The notes below the pieces were generated by a model. It was not told the origin of the DNA and made no database searches. It saw nothing but the letters and a program-made list of their open reading frames with translations. The translations under genes and the position numbers were made by a program. From a virus: a stretch of 64,000 bases of DNA. Shown one piece after another: positions 8,798 through 17,812 of the stretch (position 1 is the first letter of the stretch; every line of letters starts with the position of its first letter). Location: IMG/VR virus record IMGVR_UViG_3300047089_000113, positions 16,595 to 80,594 of that record. One strand, 5' to 3'.

Positions 8798-11700
8798 GCC
8801 GCTTCCGCCATCTCGCGCTGCTTCTCGACCACCTGCTGGAAGGCCGCGCTCTTGGCTGACCTGAACGCCTGCCTGGCCGCGCCCTCCGGGTTATCGGTGT
8901 TCCACTGCTGAAGGATGCTCTCGGTGATCGTGCTGGCCATCTGGTCCATGAACGCCTTGTCCGCGCGCATCTTCGGCTCGTCGGTGGTCATCGCCAGGGC
9001 GAGTTGCGCCGCCATGGCCTGGACCTTGCCGGATGCTCCCTGGCGGTTCACCTGGTTAGCCAGTTCAACGATCCGCGCCCTGCCCTGCGGGCTGTCCAGG
9101 ATCAGGTTCTCCTGCTGGACCACCTGCTGCACCCAGTCCTGGGCGTCCTTGGTCTGCGACGGGTAGTGCCCCCAGGCGTTGCCGTTGTGGATCTCGTCCG
9201 GGTTGTTGATGGTCTCGGCCATCTCCTTCACGGTGTGACCGGGGAACGTCCGGGCCTGCCGGTCCCCGATGCCCATCTGGTCAAAAAACTCGGGAGCGTG
9301 GTGGATCGCGCCCAGCTCGGTGAAGCCTTCCTCGATCTGGGATACGGCGAAGACCTGGTACGCCTTCTCGTTGGCCTTCGCCGTGCCCGCCGGGACCACG
9401 CCGTGGATCATCTCGTGCGCCAGCACCTCGAACGCATCGGGGTAGCGGACGGGATCGTCCGGGCGGTCGCTGGCGTCCTTGATCGCGGCGGCTACGTTGT
9501 CCGCGATGGACAAGGTGCCGTTCCACTCCATCTCGGCCAGGATGTGCGGCTTGGACTCCTTGCGGTAGAGGCTGGCTTCACCGTCCCATTCCTCGTGACT
9601 GCCGCCGAGCAGGCGCGGGATGATGTTCGCCGCCTTGGTCGTCTCGGCCACGACCGCCGTATCCAGCTCCTGCTCATTCGGGATCGGCGGGCCGACGAAC
9701 GGGACAGCCGCCGCGCGCAGCAGCTTGCCGATGTGCATCTGCTCGGTGCGGCCCCTGGTCCAGCGTCCCCGGAAGTCACGCAGCTCATCGGGATGGAACG
9801 CGAGGTCTAGGAGCGGTGCGTCAATCCCGCCTGGACCTGCTCGGCTATCTTCTCCGCTGCCGCCAGCCGCTCGTCCTCCGGGAGGTCCCAGTAGCCAGGC
9901 GGGATAGGCACGATCACCTTCGGCGTTGGCGTGCTCGATGATGCTTCCGCCACCGGTTCCTCCAGTCTGGATCTCCGCGCCGTTGTTCACGTCCCAGATG
10001 GCGATCTGGTTGCGCTCGGCTGCCGCGCGCACCGCCTCGGACTTGCTGGTGATGTTGTCGCTCGGCTCCAGCCATAGCTTACCGCCGTGTACCCACCCGC
10101 CGAGGAACGTGCTCCGGTCCCTGAAGGCCGACTTCTCGGACATCAGCATGTCGTCAATAGCACGGGTCAGGGCCTTGCGATCGTCCAGGACCGACTCGGG
10201 GAAGACGTGCGTGTGATCGGTCTGCGCCACCATGTAGCCGGTCTTCGGCTCACCGCCGGTATGCAGGCTGACGCTGAAGCCCTCGCGGTTCTGGCGCATG
10301 ATGTCGGCGGCCTCGCCTACCGCGCCGAACTTCGCCCAGCGCCCCCGGTCATCGCGGAGCTGGTCCGGGTTGAACGCCATGTCGATCAGCGGCTCGCTGT
10401 CCGTGTTCGCGCCCTCGACCAGCCTGGCGTTGCCCAGCGCCCGGCCGCCGATGCCCATGCCGACAGCGAAGGAGATGGCGTAGGGGATGGCCAGCCGGGC
10501 TGGCAGGCCGATCCGCTGGACCTCGATCTCCTTCGGCCCGAGCCCGGCGTACGCCAGCGCCTCATCTGACGCCCATCGGTGGTGCCCGTCGATCACGTAG
10601 TTGTCGCTGGTGACCCAGATGGGCTCCTTCAGCATCTTCCGCACGGCCGGGACGTTCTTCTCGGCCGCCGCCGTGATGCCCGCCACCGTCGCGGCGGTGA
10701 GCTGGGTCTGGGTGGCGCGCAGGTTACCGGCCGGTACGCGCTCGTTCTTGACGTCGATGCCGTCGCGCCTGAGCTGGTCACGGAACTCGGGGTCCAGCTC
10801 GATGAACTTGTTGGCCCCGCCCGCCAGCAGCGCCGCCTCGGAGCCGGGCCGGGCCGGGCCGTTGAGCTGCGGCATGTCGGTGCGCGGGATGCCCAGGGTC
10901 TGCTCGTTGAACAGCCGGGTGCCCTTGACGCTGACCAGGCCCAGGTCCCAGGGCGGCTCGTTGTCCCGCGTGTAGCCCTGCGCGCTGGCCTTCGCGTTCA
11001 CCGCGTCGAGCAGCGGCTTGATCTCGGCCGGGCTGCTCAGCCGGACGTGGCTGCCAGCCGCCATCAGGTCCACGGCGCGGCCCATGTCGCCCTGGGCGTC
11101 GATCGGGTCCTCGGGGGTACCGGCACCGTCAGGCCGTCCCGGCAAGTTCAGCGGCTTGCGCTGGTCGGCTGCCTCCATCGACGGGATCTGCGGGTCGTAG
11201 CCCTCGAACCGCCCCCGGTAGCCGTGCCGCTCCAGGCTGGCCGCGTGCGACTCCAGCCCGCCGCCGCCGTGGGTCCACCGGCCGGTGATGTCCCGTTCCT
11301 CGTGCAGCCAGCCGGTGCCCATGTCAAGCACCTGGGCGGACAGCAGGCGTTCAGTTTCCTGAACGTTCGAGAACTGCTCGGTCAGCAGCCCGGTGGTGCC
11401 GGGCACCAGCGTGTAGCCGTGCCGGGCGGCTTCCGCCTGCCACTTGTCCCAGGCGTTGCGCAGCATGGTGGACCGGCCCTTGGACAGCCGCCGTCCGCCC
11501 CGGCTGGCGGCCACCGATGAGGACAGCTCGTGCGCGGCCTCGTCCTCGGCCTCGTTGATCCGCTGCTGGCGCAGCCAGGTGATCGCCTGCACCTGGTGCG
11601 GGCTGACCGGCGTGCCCCGCGCGCTGATCTCCAGGGCGGCGTTGCGGTAGGTGTCGGCCACGTACTGGTAGTAGCGGTCCTTGCCGATCGGGGCCTTGTC

Positions 11701-12354
11701 GGCTTCCTTCTTGGGCAGCCGCTCGTCCATAGCCACGGTCATCGCGTGCCGGTCGATGACCACCTGGCCGAGGTGATCGTCCGGCTCGTCACCGCCCGCG
11801 CGGATCAGCCGGGCGAACGCCTTGGTCTTGGAGCTGTTGTTGGCCTCGTCGGCGTCCATGCCGTCGATGGCTTCCTGGGCGTTGGCCTGCATCGAGCCGG
11901 TGATCATGCCCTCGCCCGGCCCGAGCGCCCGGTTCTCGTCCAGCGACCGGTCGGCGTTGAACATGTTGACCGCCCAGCCGGTCTGCGGGGACAGGGCGGC
12001 GATCACGCCCGCGTTCTTCTCGATGTCTCCCTGGTCCATCTTGGCGGCCAGGTTGTGCGCGTCGGCGTACCAGCGCATCCCCTGGGCGCGCTCCTGGGCA
12101 TCGGAATCGTCGTAGGCGGCGACCACGTTGGCCGCGCTGACCGGGTGCTCCTTGAAGAACGGGTGATCGGCGGGGGTGCGGTAGTAGTAGGACCCGCGCC
12201 GCTTGGCCAGGATCAGCCGGTCGGGGTCCGGCGCGGTGTACGCCTCGCCGCCCTTGGTCCAGCGCCCGCGCTCGTCGCGCTTCTCGAACGGGTCGAACCG
12301 CCAGCCCAGCTCCAGCTCATCCGGGCCGGTGAACCACTCCAGCAGCTCGGTCAT
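8794..12354 (-). CDS. Four-module polyvalent protein: HhH-glycosylase-like, ParB/Srx-like, unknown, HExxH zinc peptidase
   Basis: Motifs AALSPQ..W..N/IDRHA/QAITW, IDGHHRW, GYMVA..GGW..NQIAIWD and HEMIH...EEGFTE, each module preceded by an RDxxGRW tag. Confidence 0.7.
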   Translation of the reverse strand: MTELLEWFTGPDELELGWRFDPFEKRDERGRWTKGGEAYTAPDPDRLILAKRRGSYYYRTPADHPFFKEHPVSAANVVAAYDDSDAQERAQGMRWYADAHNLAAKMDQGDIEKNAGVIAALSPQTGWAVNMFNADRSLDENRALGPGEGMITGSMQANAQEAIDGMDADEANNSSKTKAFARLIRAGGDEPDDHLGQVVIDRHAMTVAMDERLPKKEADKAPIGKDRYYQYVADTYRNAALEISARGTPVSPHQVQAITWLRQQRINEAEDEAAHELSSSVAASRGGRRLSKGRSTMLRNAWDKWQAEAARHGYTLVPGTTGLLTEQFSNVQETERLLSAQVLDMGTGWLHEERDITGRWTHGGGGLESHAASLERHGYRGRFEGYDPQIPSMEAADQRKPLNLPGRPDGAGTPEDPIDAQGDMGRAVDLMAAGSHVRLSSPAEIKPLLDAVNAKASAQGYTRDNEPPWDLGLVSVKGTRLFNEQTLGIPRTDMPQLNGPARPGSEAALLAGGANKFIELDPEFRDQLRRDGIDVKNERVPAGNLRATQTQLTAATVAGITAAAEKNVPAVRKMLKEPIWVTSDNYVIDGHHRWASDEALAYAGLGPKEIEVQRIGLPARLAIPYAISFAVGMGIGGRALGNARLVEGANTDSEPLIDMAFNPDQLRDDRGRWAKFGAVGEAADIMRQNREGFSVSLHTGGEPKTGYMVAQTDHTHVFPESVLDDRKALTRAIDDMLMSEKSAFRDRSTFLGGWVHGGKLWLEPSDNITSKSEAVRAAAERNQIAIWDVNNGAEIQTGGTGGGSIIEHANAEGDRAYPAWLLGPPGGRAAGGSGEDSRAGPGGIDAPLLDLAFHPDELRDFRGRWTRGRTEQMHIGKLLRAAAVPFVGPPIPNEQELDTAVVAETTKAANIIPRLLGGSHEEWDGEASLYRKESKPHILAEMEWNGTLSIADNVAAAIKDASDRPDDPVRYPDAFEVLAHEMIHGVVPAGTAKANEKAYQVFAVSQIEEGFTELGAIHHAPEFFDQMGIGDRQARTFPGHTVKEMAETINNPDEIHNGNAWGHYPSQTKDAQDWVQQVVQQENLILDSPQGRARIVELANQVNRQGASGKVQAMAAQLALAMTTDEPKMRADKAFMDQMASTITESILQQWNTDNPEGAARQAFRSAKSAAFQQVVEKQREMAEAA

Positions 12355-15300
12355 GCTGCCTTCGCCCGTGCCTGCTTCTCCAGCTCACCGGCCTCGGCCT
12401 TGCCAGCCGCAGCCCTGACCTCGGGGTGCACCTTGCCGCCGCCCGCTGCCCAGCGCCGGATTGCCGCTCGGGCAATCGCGTACGCCTTGTCCTCGGACAT
12501 GCCGCGCTTCTCGATCAGTGCCTTGACGATCTGCTGGAGGTACGGGGTGTGACCGAGCCCCTTGACGTCATATAGTCCGGGACCGCCGGGCTTCCCGCGC
12601 GGAGCCGGTGTGACACTGAGCACACCCGTCTGCGCGGACAGCTCGGCGGCGAACTGGCTGACGGATGAGACGGTCTCCATCTGCGGGATGCGCAGCGCGC
12701 CGCGCGTCGGGTTGGACGGCAGGCGGGTGCCGACGTAGTGACCCGGATGCGCTGCCCGGCGCGAGATCGGGCTGTAGGTCCGCTCCCGCCAGCCGGTGGC
12801 CTGCTTCGGCACCCGGTCCAGTTGCTTCTCCAGCTCGGCCAGGTCCCTGGTCCACATGCCGCTGGCCTCGGTGACGTTCGCCTGCTTGGCGACCTCCAGG
12901 TGTATCCGCGCCGACTTCATGTCCCGCCCGGCCAGCGAGTGAGCCAGGTTGTGCAGCGCGGTCTGCAAGGTCGATGACCTGTTGCCCGGCGCGGTGTCGG
13001 AGCTGACCGCCTTCGCGCCCAGATCCTCGATCGCGCGCAGGTGCTCGAACGAGCCGGGCTGGAGCCCGGCCGCGAACTTGGTCGGGTCCACCTTGATCCA
13101 GCCGTGGATGTAGCCCTTCGGCCCGACCAGATCGAGCGGCGTGGCGAGATTCCTGGCCCTGGCCAGCACCGCCTGCGCCTTGCTGTGGGACGCGCCGCCC
13201 TTGCGCAGCTTCGCGTACAGCTTCTGCTTGCGCGCATCACCGCCGAACATCGCGCTGAAGCCCCTGGCCTCCTTGCCGGACAGGTGCCTGCCGAACGGGC
13301 CGGGGATGCCCGCCACGCCGGTTACCGCCTCGTTGCGCATCGCCTGCTTGCTGACGTGCCCGCCGCTGACGTGGCCGCGCCTGGCCCCGAGCATGCTGGC
13401 CATGCCCGCTGCCTCGTGCCGGGAGACGTGCTTGCCGGTCAGGGCCGAGATCGGCATCTGCGCGGGGTCCTTGATCCAGCCGTGCCGGTAGCCCTTCGGG
13501 CCTGCCAGCTCGATGGCGTCGGTCACGTCCTCCCAGGACAGCGCGGCAGCCCGCTTCGTGTAGCTGGCGATCTCCCTCGCGTAGGTGCCGATCTGCCGGT
13601 TGATGGCCGCCGCCTCGGACGCGGCGGACAGCGGCCCGGCCGCCTTCTTGGCTCCCGCCGCCTTCCCGGTCTTGGCCCTGGCACCCGCCGCCGAGATGGC
13701 TGCCGCGCCCCTCTTGGCCGGTGCGCCCTTCTTGGCCGGGGTGGACGTGGCGGCCTTGCCGATCTGGCCCGCCTGGGTGGCCTTGTTCCGGGCGTCCAGC
13801 GCGGTGATCCGGCCGCTGGCGAGCGCCTTCAGTATCCGGCGCAGCGTCTCGATCCTGGCCCGGTCATTGGCGATGGCCGCGAGCAGCGCAGACTTCGCCT
13901 GCTGATTCGCTGACTTCTGCGCGGGCTTCTTCTGGGCTGCCCCGCCGCTGCTGCCCTTGATGAACTGCCCGCCGGTAGCGATACCGGCACCCGCGCGGGC
14001 CTGGCCAGGGTTGCCAGCCGGGTTGAACAGCTCTACAACGCGAAAGGGCGCGGCCCCGGTAGGCGTGGCAAAGCCAGCCGGGGGCACGGCCTTTCCCGCG
14101 TCAAAGCTCTTGCCGATGCTCCGCAGCACGGCCATCGCCCGGCTGTGCGAGTGCCCCCTGGCCCGCAGCGTCTTGTAGGCCCGCTGCTTCCTCGGGCTCA
14201 TGCTCCTGACCCGGCTCTCCAGCGGCAGGCCGGTGCCCGCTGCCGCCGCCTCGGTGGCCGAGCCAGCCTGGAACAGCTTGCCCAGTGACCCGCCGGACGC
14301 CGGGACGAAGTGATGCGTCGGGGTCCTGGGGAAGCGCAGGGACGGCGGGCCTTCCACGAACTTGTACTTCTTGCCCCGGATCGTGATCGGCGGCCCGGCC
14401 CCCCTGGCGGCCTCGGCCTTCTTCTGCGCCTCGATGCCCCCGCCGATCTTGATCCAGCCGTGCCTGAAGCGGAACGCCAGATCGACCTCGTTGGAGAACT
14501 GCGCCGTGGCGAGCTGGCGGGCCTGCTCCCGGTGGTTGGCCTCGGAAGCGAAATCGCCGCGCCTGTGCGCCGCGCCCGCTATCTTCAGGTGCAGCGCCAT
14601 GGACAGCTTGCGCTTCTTCTCGCTGCGCCCGGCCGACTGGCTGGCCCCCAGTGCCCTGATCAGCCCGGCTCGCCGGGCCATCTTCATGCTCGCGGTGCCC
14701 GCCATCATGCCGGGGACACCCTGCCACCGGCCGTGCCGGTCGCGCACCTCATCCGGGTTGTACCGCAGCTCGACCACGAAGCGGTCCTCGATGCCGTACG
14801 CGGCCAGGTTGAACTCGCTGCCCATCGTCTTAGCACCGGGCTCGGCCCAGGTGCCCTTCAGGTGGTGCGCCACGCCCATCCGCTTCGCGTTCTTCTGGAT
14901 GGCACGCTTCAGCACTCCGCGCTTGCCCGGCGCGACCCGGCCGACCGCCTTCAGCGCCTTGTGCAGGTAGCTCACGTTCGGCATCGGGTAGCTGGTGCCG
15001 TACGCGGTCTGTCCCTTCTTCTGGAGCGCCCGCCTGCCAGCCGCCGTCTCATGATGGGGCACGGCGGCCAGCTCGATCGCGCCCAGCACATCGCCCCAGC
15101 TTGCGGCGACGTTCATCGGCGGCGGTGCCGGTGCTGATGATGTGCGCATGGCTCTCTCCTGGGCCTGCTGGTCCCGCTCGTCGCGGCGTTCCTGGCCGAT
15201 AGCCCGGTTGGACCCGTGGATGTCCTCGATGTCCTTGACCAGCAGCAGGTGCCGGTGGGCCTGCTGCATGAACGCCTTGCCGCGCATGTGCCCGGCGTCA

Positions 15301-15557
15301 TCGTGCACGCCGTGGCGTCGGAGCTGGACCGGCTGGAGCCCGAAGATCGCGGCGTTCAGGTGACGCTGGGAGCTATTCGTGCGCCCGGCGTCCAGCTCGC
15401 GCGCCGCGTCCCGCAGGTGGTCGTGCACCGCCATCTCGGGGTAGGCATCGGCCATGTCGGCGGCCAGCTTGCGCAGGCTGGCCGATGTTCGCTGCTTCAT
15501 CGGGCCGGTGGAGATGGCCCGGTGGAACCGGGGAGGTCCCTGCGGCTGCTCGGACAT
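12351..15557 (-). CDS. Large basic multi-module head-associated polyprotein
   Basis: 1068 aa, K/R/A/G-rich, repeated [IVL][ED]L sites followed by YNPDEVRDRHGRW or GPKGY.HGWIK; lies directly after MuF. Confidence 0.65.
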   Translation of the reverse strand: MSEQPQGPPRFHRAISTGPMKQRTSASLRKLAADMADAYPEMAVHDHLRDAARELDAGRTNSSQRHLNAAIFGLQPVQLRRHGVHDDAGHMRGKAFMQQAHRHLLLVKDIEDIHGSNRAIGQERRDERDQQAQERAMRTSSAPAPPPMNVAASWGDVLGAIELAAVPHHETAAGRRALQKKGQTAYGTSYPMPNVSYLHKALKAVGRVAPGKRGVLKRAIQKNAKRMGVAHHLKGTWAEPGAKTMGSEFNLAAYGIEDRFVVELRYNPDEVRDRHGRWQGVPGMMAGTASMKMARRAGLIRALGASQSAGRSEKKRKLSMALHLKIAGAAHRRGDFASEANHREQARQLATAQFSNEVDLAFRFRHGWIKIGGGIEAQKKAEAARGAGPPITIRGKKYKFVEGPPSLRFPRTPTHHFVPASGGSLGKLFQAGSATEAAAAGTGLPLESRVRSMSPRKQRAYKTLRARGHSHSRAMAVLRSIGKSFDAGKAVPPAGFATPTGAAPFRVVELFNPAGNPGQARAGAGIATGGQFIKGSSGGAAQKKPAQKSANQQAKSALLAAIANDRARIETLRRILKALASGRITALDARNKATQAGQIGKAATSTPAKKGAPAKRGAAAISAAGARAKTGKAAGAKKAAGPLSAASEAAAINRQIGTYAREIASYTKRAAALSWEDVTDAIELAGPKGYRHGWIKDPAQMPISALTGKHVSRHEAAGMASMLGARRGHVSGGHVSKQAMRNEAVTGVAGIPGPFGRHLSGKEARGFSAMFGGDARKQKLYAKLRKGGASHSKAQAVLARARNLATPLDLVGPKGYIHGWIKVDPTKFAAGLQPGSFEHLRAIEDLGAKAVSSDTAPGNRSSTLQTALHNLAHSLAGRDMKSARIHLEVAKQANVTEASGMWTRDLAELEKQLDRVPKQATGWRERTYSPISRRAAHPGHYVGTRLPSNPTRGALRIPQMETVSSVSQFAAELSAQTGVLSVTPAPRGKPGGPGLYDVKGLGHTPYLQQIVKALIEKRGMSEDKAYAIARAAIRRWAAGGGKVHPEVRAAAGKAEAGELEKQARAKAA

Positions 15558-15560
15558 GGC

Positions 15561-16235
15561 TCACACTCCCGCCATAGCTGGCTCGGGACTGGTGCTGGGT
15601 AGCATTCTCGCACCGATGCGCGGCGGCCCCGCGTAGCACCGGCAGTGCGGGTGCACCGAGCCGGGGTAGCCGATCAGCGGCACCGAGCTGGCCCGGAAGT
15701 TCGCGCCGTTCGCGGCCCGGCAGTCGGCGCTGGTCCGGGAGTCGAGCACCGTGTTCCAGCCGAGCATGTCGCCCCAGGTCCACGCGGCCATGTCCACCTG
15801 CATGGCCGCCTGGGCACGCTGCCAGATGGCGTCCCGGTGCTGGCCGAAATAAAGGCGCTCGCGGGCCATCCCAGCCGCGAGCGCCTTTATCACTGCCTCC
15901 CCGCGTGACCGGGCCTCAACCATGTCCCTGGTCAGCCGCCGGGCTGCGGCCAGGGCGAACTGGGCGCGGCGGATCAGGTTGGTGCGGCTGGCGTTCATCG
16001 TGGCCGATCCCGCGACCCCGGTCTGCTCGGGCGGCATCGCCATCACGACCTCCAGCGCGGCCCGCATCGCGCCCCGGCTGACCTTCCAGGTGACCAGCGC
16101 CGCGCCGCCGAGCATGGTCAGCGCGGCGACCGCGCTGGCCGCGCCGACCAGCGCGGTGGCGATGGCCGTCACCGCCGCCGCGTCAGCCGCCGCGTCCTGC
16201 TGCGGCTCCGGTGGCGGCTGCTGCGGGGTGCTCAC
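15561..16235 (-). CDS. MuF-like (SPP1 gp7) minor head protein
   Basis: W....DSRTS..C...G...PG.VHPHCRC motif; follows the portal gene. Confidence 0.75.
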   Translation of the reverse strand: MSTPQQPPPEPQQDAAADAAAVTAIATALVGAASAVAALTMLGGAALVTWKVSRGAMRAALEVVMAMPPEQTGVAGSATMNASRTNLIRRAQFALAAARRLTRDMVEARSRGEAVIKALAAGMARERLYFGQHRDAIWQRAQAAMQVDMAAWTWGDMLGWNTVLDSRTSADCRAANGANFRASSVPLIGYPGSVHPHCRCYAGPPRIGARMLPSTSPEPAMAGV

Positions 16236-17809
16236 GCCAGCCGTCCGGGCGGCGGGACACTCGGCGGCTTAGCAGGCGGTGTCCGCTGCTGTGCCGGGGC
16301 CAGCGGCGCTCCGGGCGGCGGTCGCATCTGCGCGCCCTGCGGACGCCCGGCCGCGCGGTTGGCGATGGCAACGCCCGCGCCCGCCAGGCCCTGGAGCCCG
16401 CCGAGCGCCCCGGCGGCCTCGGGCGGCATGCCGGGCGGCGGCTGGGCCTGCAACTGCTCGGCCCGCTGGCTGGAGGTGGACATCAGCGCGGCGTGCACCT
16501 GGTCCACGTCGAGCTGGAGGACCGAGGCCATCCGCTCGGTGATCAGGTCCACCACCTGGATCGGGATGTGCAGCGCGGGTGCCGCCACGATCTGGCCGAA
16601 CAGGGTCAGCAGCGCCTGCTCCTGCTCATCCTGGAGCGGGCCGAACTTGGCCTGCGGGATCGCGGCCTCGGGACCGAAGTTGAGCACGGTCAGCGGCATG
16701 ATGACCTGGTTGGAGTACGCCTGCGCGATCTCGGCAGCCACGCCCTGCCGGGACTTGAGGTAGAAGCTGGACTGGTCCTGGCTCAGTGCGTAGGAGCCCT
16801 TGCCGCCTGTTGCCGAGCTGGTCAGCGCCATGAAACCGGCCAGCACCGAGTGCACCTGCCAGCCCTCCAGGAAGTTCAGCGCCTCCACGAAGAACTTGCC
16901 GCCGTCGCCGCTGTTCTCCATCATCTCGAACGCCTTCTGGCCCGCCTGCGGCTGCTCCATGCCGACCACGCCCGAGGACTTCAGCGAGGCGATCGAGTCG
17001 GCGCGGTTGTTGGCGGACGGCTGGTCCGGCCCGTACACGACCACGCGGGGCAGCGCCTGGGTCTCCAGGAAGTGGTACCAGAGGTAGAGCAGCTTCATCT
17101 TGGTCTGGTAGCACCAGTAGCTGACCTCCATCTCCGACGCGCCGGTCAGCGGCTCGCGGTGCTTGCCGTGCGTGTAGATGAAGCTGCGGACGTGCGGGAT
17201 GTCCACGTAGCCGGGGACCTTCTGCTTGGACGCCGTGCTCATGAGCTGCCCGCCGAACAGCCACACCTGCTGGCGGAAGCCGTGCGGCGCGGCGGTCTTG
17301 GCGTTGTAGCGGGCCTGGCAGGTGGCGCTCGGCCGGAACGCGATCTTGTCGTAGATGATCTTGCCGTCGCTCTCGCGGATCTTCCAGACCTTCTCGAAGA
17401 ACGCGCGCCGGTAGATCTGGCCGGACGTGATCTGGCCGATCAGGTCCACGTTGGGCGTCTTCATGCCGCCGATGTGGTCCGGCGTCAGCAGGACGCTGGT
17501 AGCCAGCTCCAGCTCGCCCTTGTCGCCCTTGGCCCCGGTGATGTCAAAGTCGGCCTCGCGGATCGGCAGGGTCAGCGCGGCCTCGACGGCTGAGCACAGC
17601 CCGTCGCGGCTGAACATCACCTTCATGTCCCGGCTTGACCACTCGCCGTAGTCAAAGACGTCGCCCTCGCCGTAGTAGGCGAATAGCCGCTGGCCCCAGT
17701 CGAACTGCGTGCCGATCTCCGGTCCCAGGAGCTGGCCCTTGGTCGCCTTCAGGTCCGGCAGCTTCAGCACCTGCGCGAGCGTGCCGGTGGCGTTCTGGCG
17801 AGGCGGCAT
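16232..17809 (-). CDS. Portal protein (Mu gp29/DUF935-like)
   Basis: 525 aa after TerL; FEKVW and GSYALSQDQS...LNFG motifs. Confidence 0.85.
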   Translation of the reverse strand: MPPRQNATGTLAQVLKLPDLKATKGQLLGPEIGTQFDWGQRLFAYYGEGDVFDYGEWSSRDMKVMFSRDGLCSAVEAALTLPIREADFDITGAKGDKGELELATSVLLTPDHIGGMKTPNVDLIGQITSGQIYRRAFFEKVWKIRESDGKIIYDKIAFRPSATCQARYNAKTAAPHGFRQQVWLFGGQLMSTASKQKVPGYVDIPHVRSFIYTHGKHREPLTGASEMEVSYWCYQTKMKLLYLWYHFLETQALPRVVVYGPDQPSANNRADSIASLKSSGVVGMEQPQAGQKAFEMMENSGDGGKFFVEALNFLEGWQVHSVLAGFMALTSSATGGKGSYALSQDQSSFYLKSRQGVAAEIAQAYSNQVIMPLTVLNFGPEAAIPQAKFGPLQDEQEQALLTLFGQIVAAPALHIPIQVVDLITERMASVLQLDVDQVHAALMSTSSQRAEQLQAQPPPGMPPEAAGALGGLQGLAGAGVAIANRAAGRPQGAQMRPPPGAPLAPAQQRTPPAKPPSVPPPGRLA

Positions 17810-17812
17810 CAG

